Origin: Tubiluchus corallicola
Lineage: Eukaryota > Animalia > Priapulida
DNA: 64,000 bases
Assembly (NCBI GenBank): GCA_030141605.1
Contig: JAQGDQ010000031.1
Coordinates: forward strand, 124,001 to 188,000
Reading direction: 5' to 3'
Shown here: positions 63,233 to 64,000 of the stretch, one piece after another
Layout: each line of letters starts with the position of its first letter
Position numbering within the stretch: position 1 is the stretch's first letter
Position numbers and translations under genes: made by a program
The notes under the pieces: generated by a model
What the model was told of the DNA's origin: nothing
The model's input: only the letters and a program-made list of their open reading frames with translations
Databases searched by the model: none

Positions 63233-64000
63233 TTAACCAACTGAAAATTCTTAAATTGAAATTTCAAAACTTTCCAGTAGTCCAAATCTCATCATCAACT
63301 TAAAGAGTGGTCAGGTTTTGTAACAACAGCCATCATATTCTTTTGGCTCATTGCTTCTTGTAGTAAAATATAATTAATAACGCCAGAAGGGCAACACGGA
63401 CTGTAAAGAACTAATACTCGTAAGTATTGTTAAGAAATATAATTCTGGTCTTTAAAATTGGCAAAACCCAAATAAAAAAGAACACACGATCCATAAGATC
63501 TGAAACAATATTCTTACACATACAGGGAGTATCATATACAGAAATGATCTTTAGTAATATAGCACTTATTATACGCTTACTAAGGCCTACGGAAGATTTT
63601 GTCTCATTCCATTTTCAGTTTCCTGGATCTGAATTTCTATTTTCACTTTTTAATTCCATTCTTAATTGCTACTGGCATAGTTCAGGGCGCTTTACATAAA
63701 ATCACTTCAGTCACTTCTTGCGAAGATTGCTTTGTCAGAGTTTTGTGCCCTTTTTCAATAACAGTGTGTTGCATTTCCCAGTTTACTGTGAAAGAGTCTT
63801 TATAAATCCAGAATCTAAATATTAATCTTACAGGCTACTAAACGTTTCGCATGCCTCATTTCGACTGCGCAAAATTTACACATATTCAACTTCATAAACA
63901 TTTAACGAAATTTAACGAAACTGACTGGTCTCCATTTCTTTTTTTTACAAAAACCTTTTTTGTGGCGCATCATTTATTCACAATTACCTAACATCATTGA

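Noticed and set aside
63599-63805. 68-aa hydrophobic, Cys-rich ORF resembling a secreted peptide
   Set aside because: TTG start, and the nearby acceptor at 63618 is out of phase with the upstream microexons; insufficient support.

Overview
Eukaryotic genomic DNA from an animal, most likely an invertebrate: AT-rich, spliceosomal GT-AG introns and a (CCCTAA)n telomere-type repeat. Most of the supplied ORF track is noise, so I rebuilt genes by reading splice sites and phases by hand. (1) 889-14620 (+): the last 13 coding exons (about 614 aa) of NAT10/Kre33, the RNA cytidine acetyltransferase. Its 5' part lies upstream of the window. (2) 15695-56783 (+): a complete CD9/CD81-like tetraspanin with a 35-kb first coding intron. 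It has two paralogous terminal exons that give either a CD9-like di-cysteine tail (...LCCLVGKQVQSWDY) or a tail with a CD63-like GYE motif (...LCRHGYEPAPLEKY). (3) About 61960-62762 (+): the possible start of a third gene encoding a signal peptide, with a duplicated 20-nt microexon. Non-coding DNA holds Tc1/mariner-, hAT- and Harbinger-like MITEs, L2/CR1 3' ends, a BEL/Pao relic, three minisatellites and many microsatellites. Two larger patterns stand out: CpG depletion over NAT10 but not the tetraspanin, and repeated GTCACGTG (CLEAR/USF-type) boxes in the giant intron. I saw no CRISPR array, rRNA, tRNA gene or convincing snoRNA. I cannot demonstrate a novel system; the tetraspanin tail switch is the best candidate.
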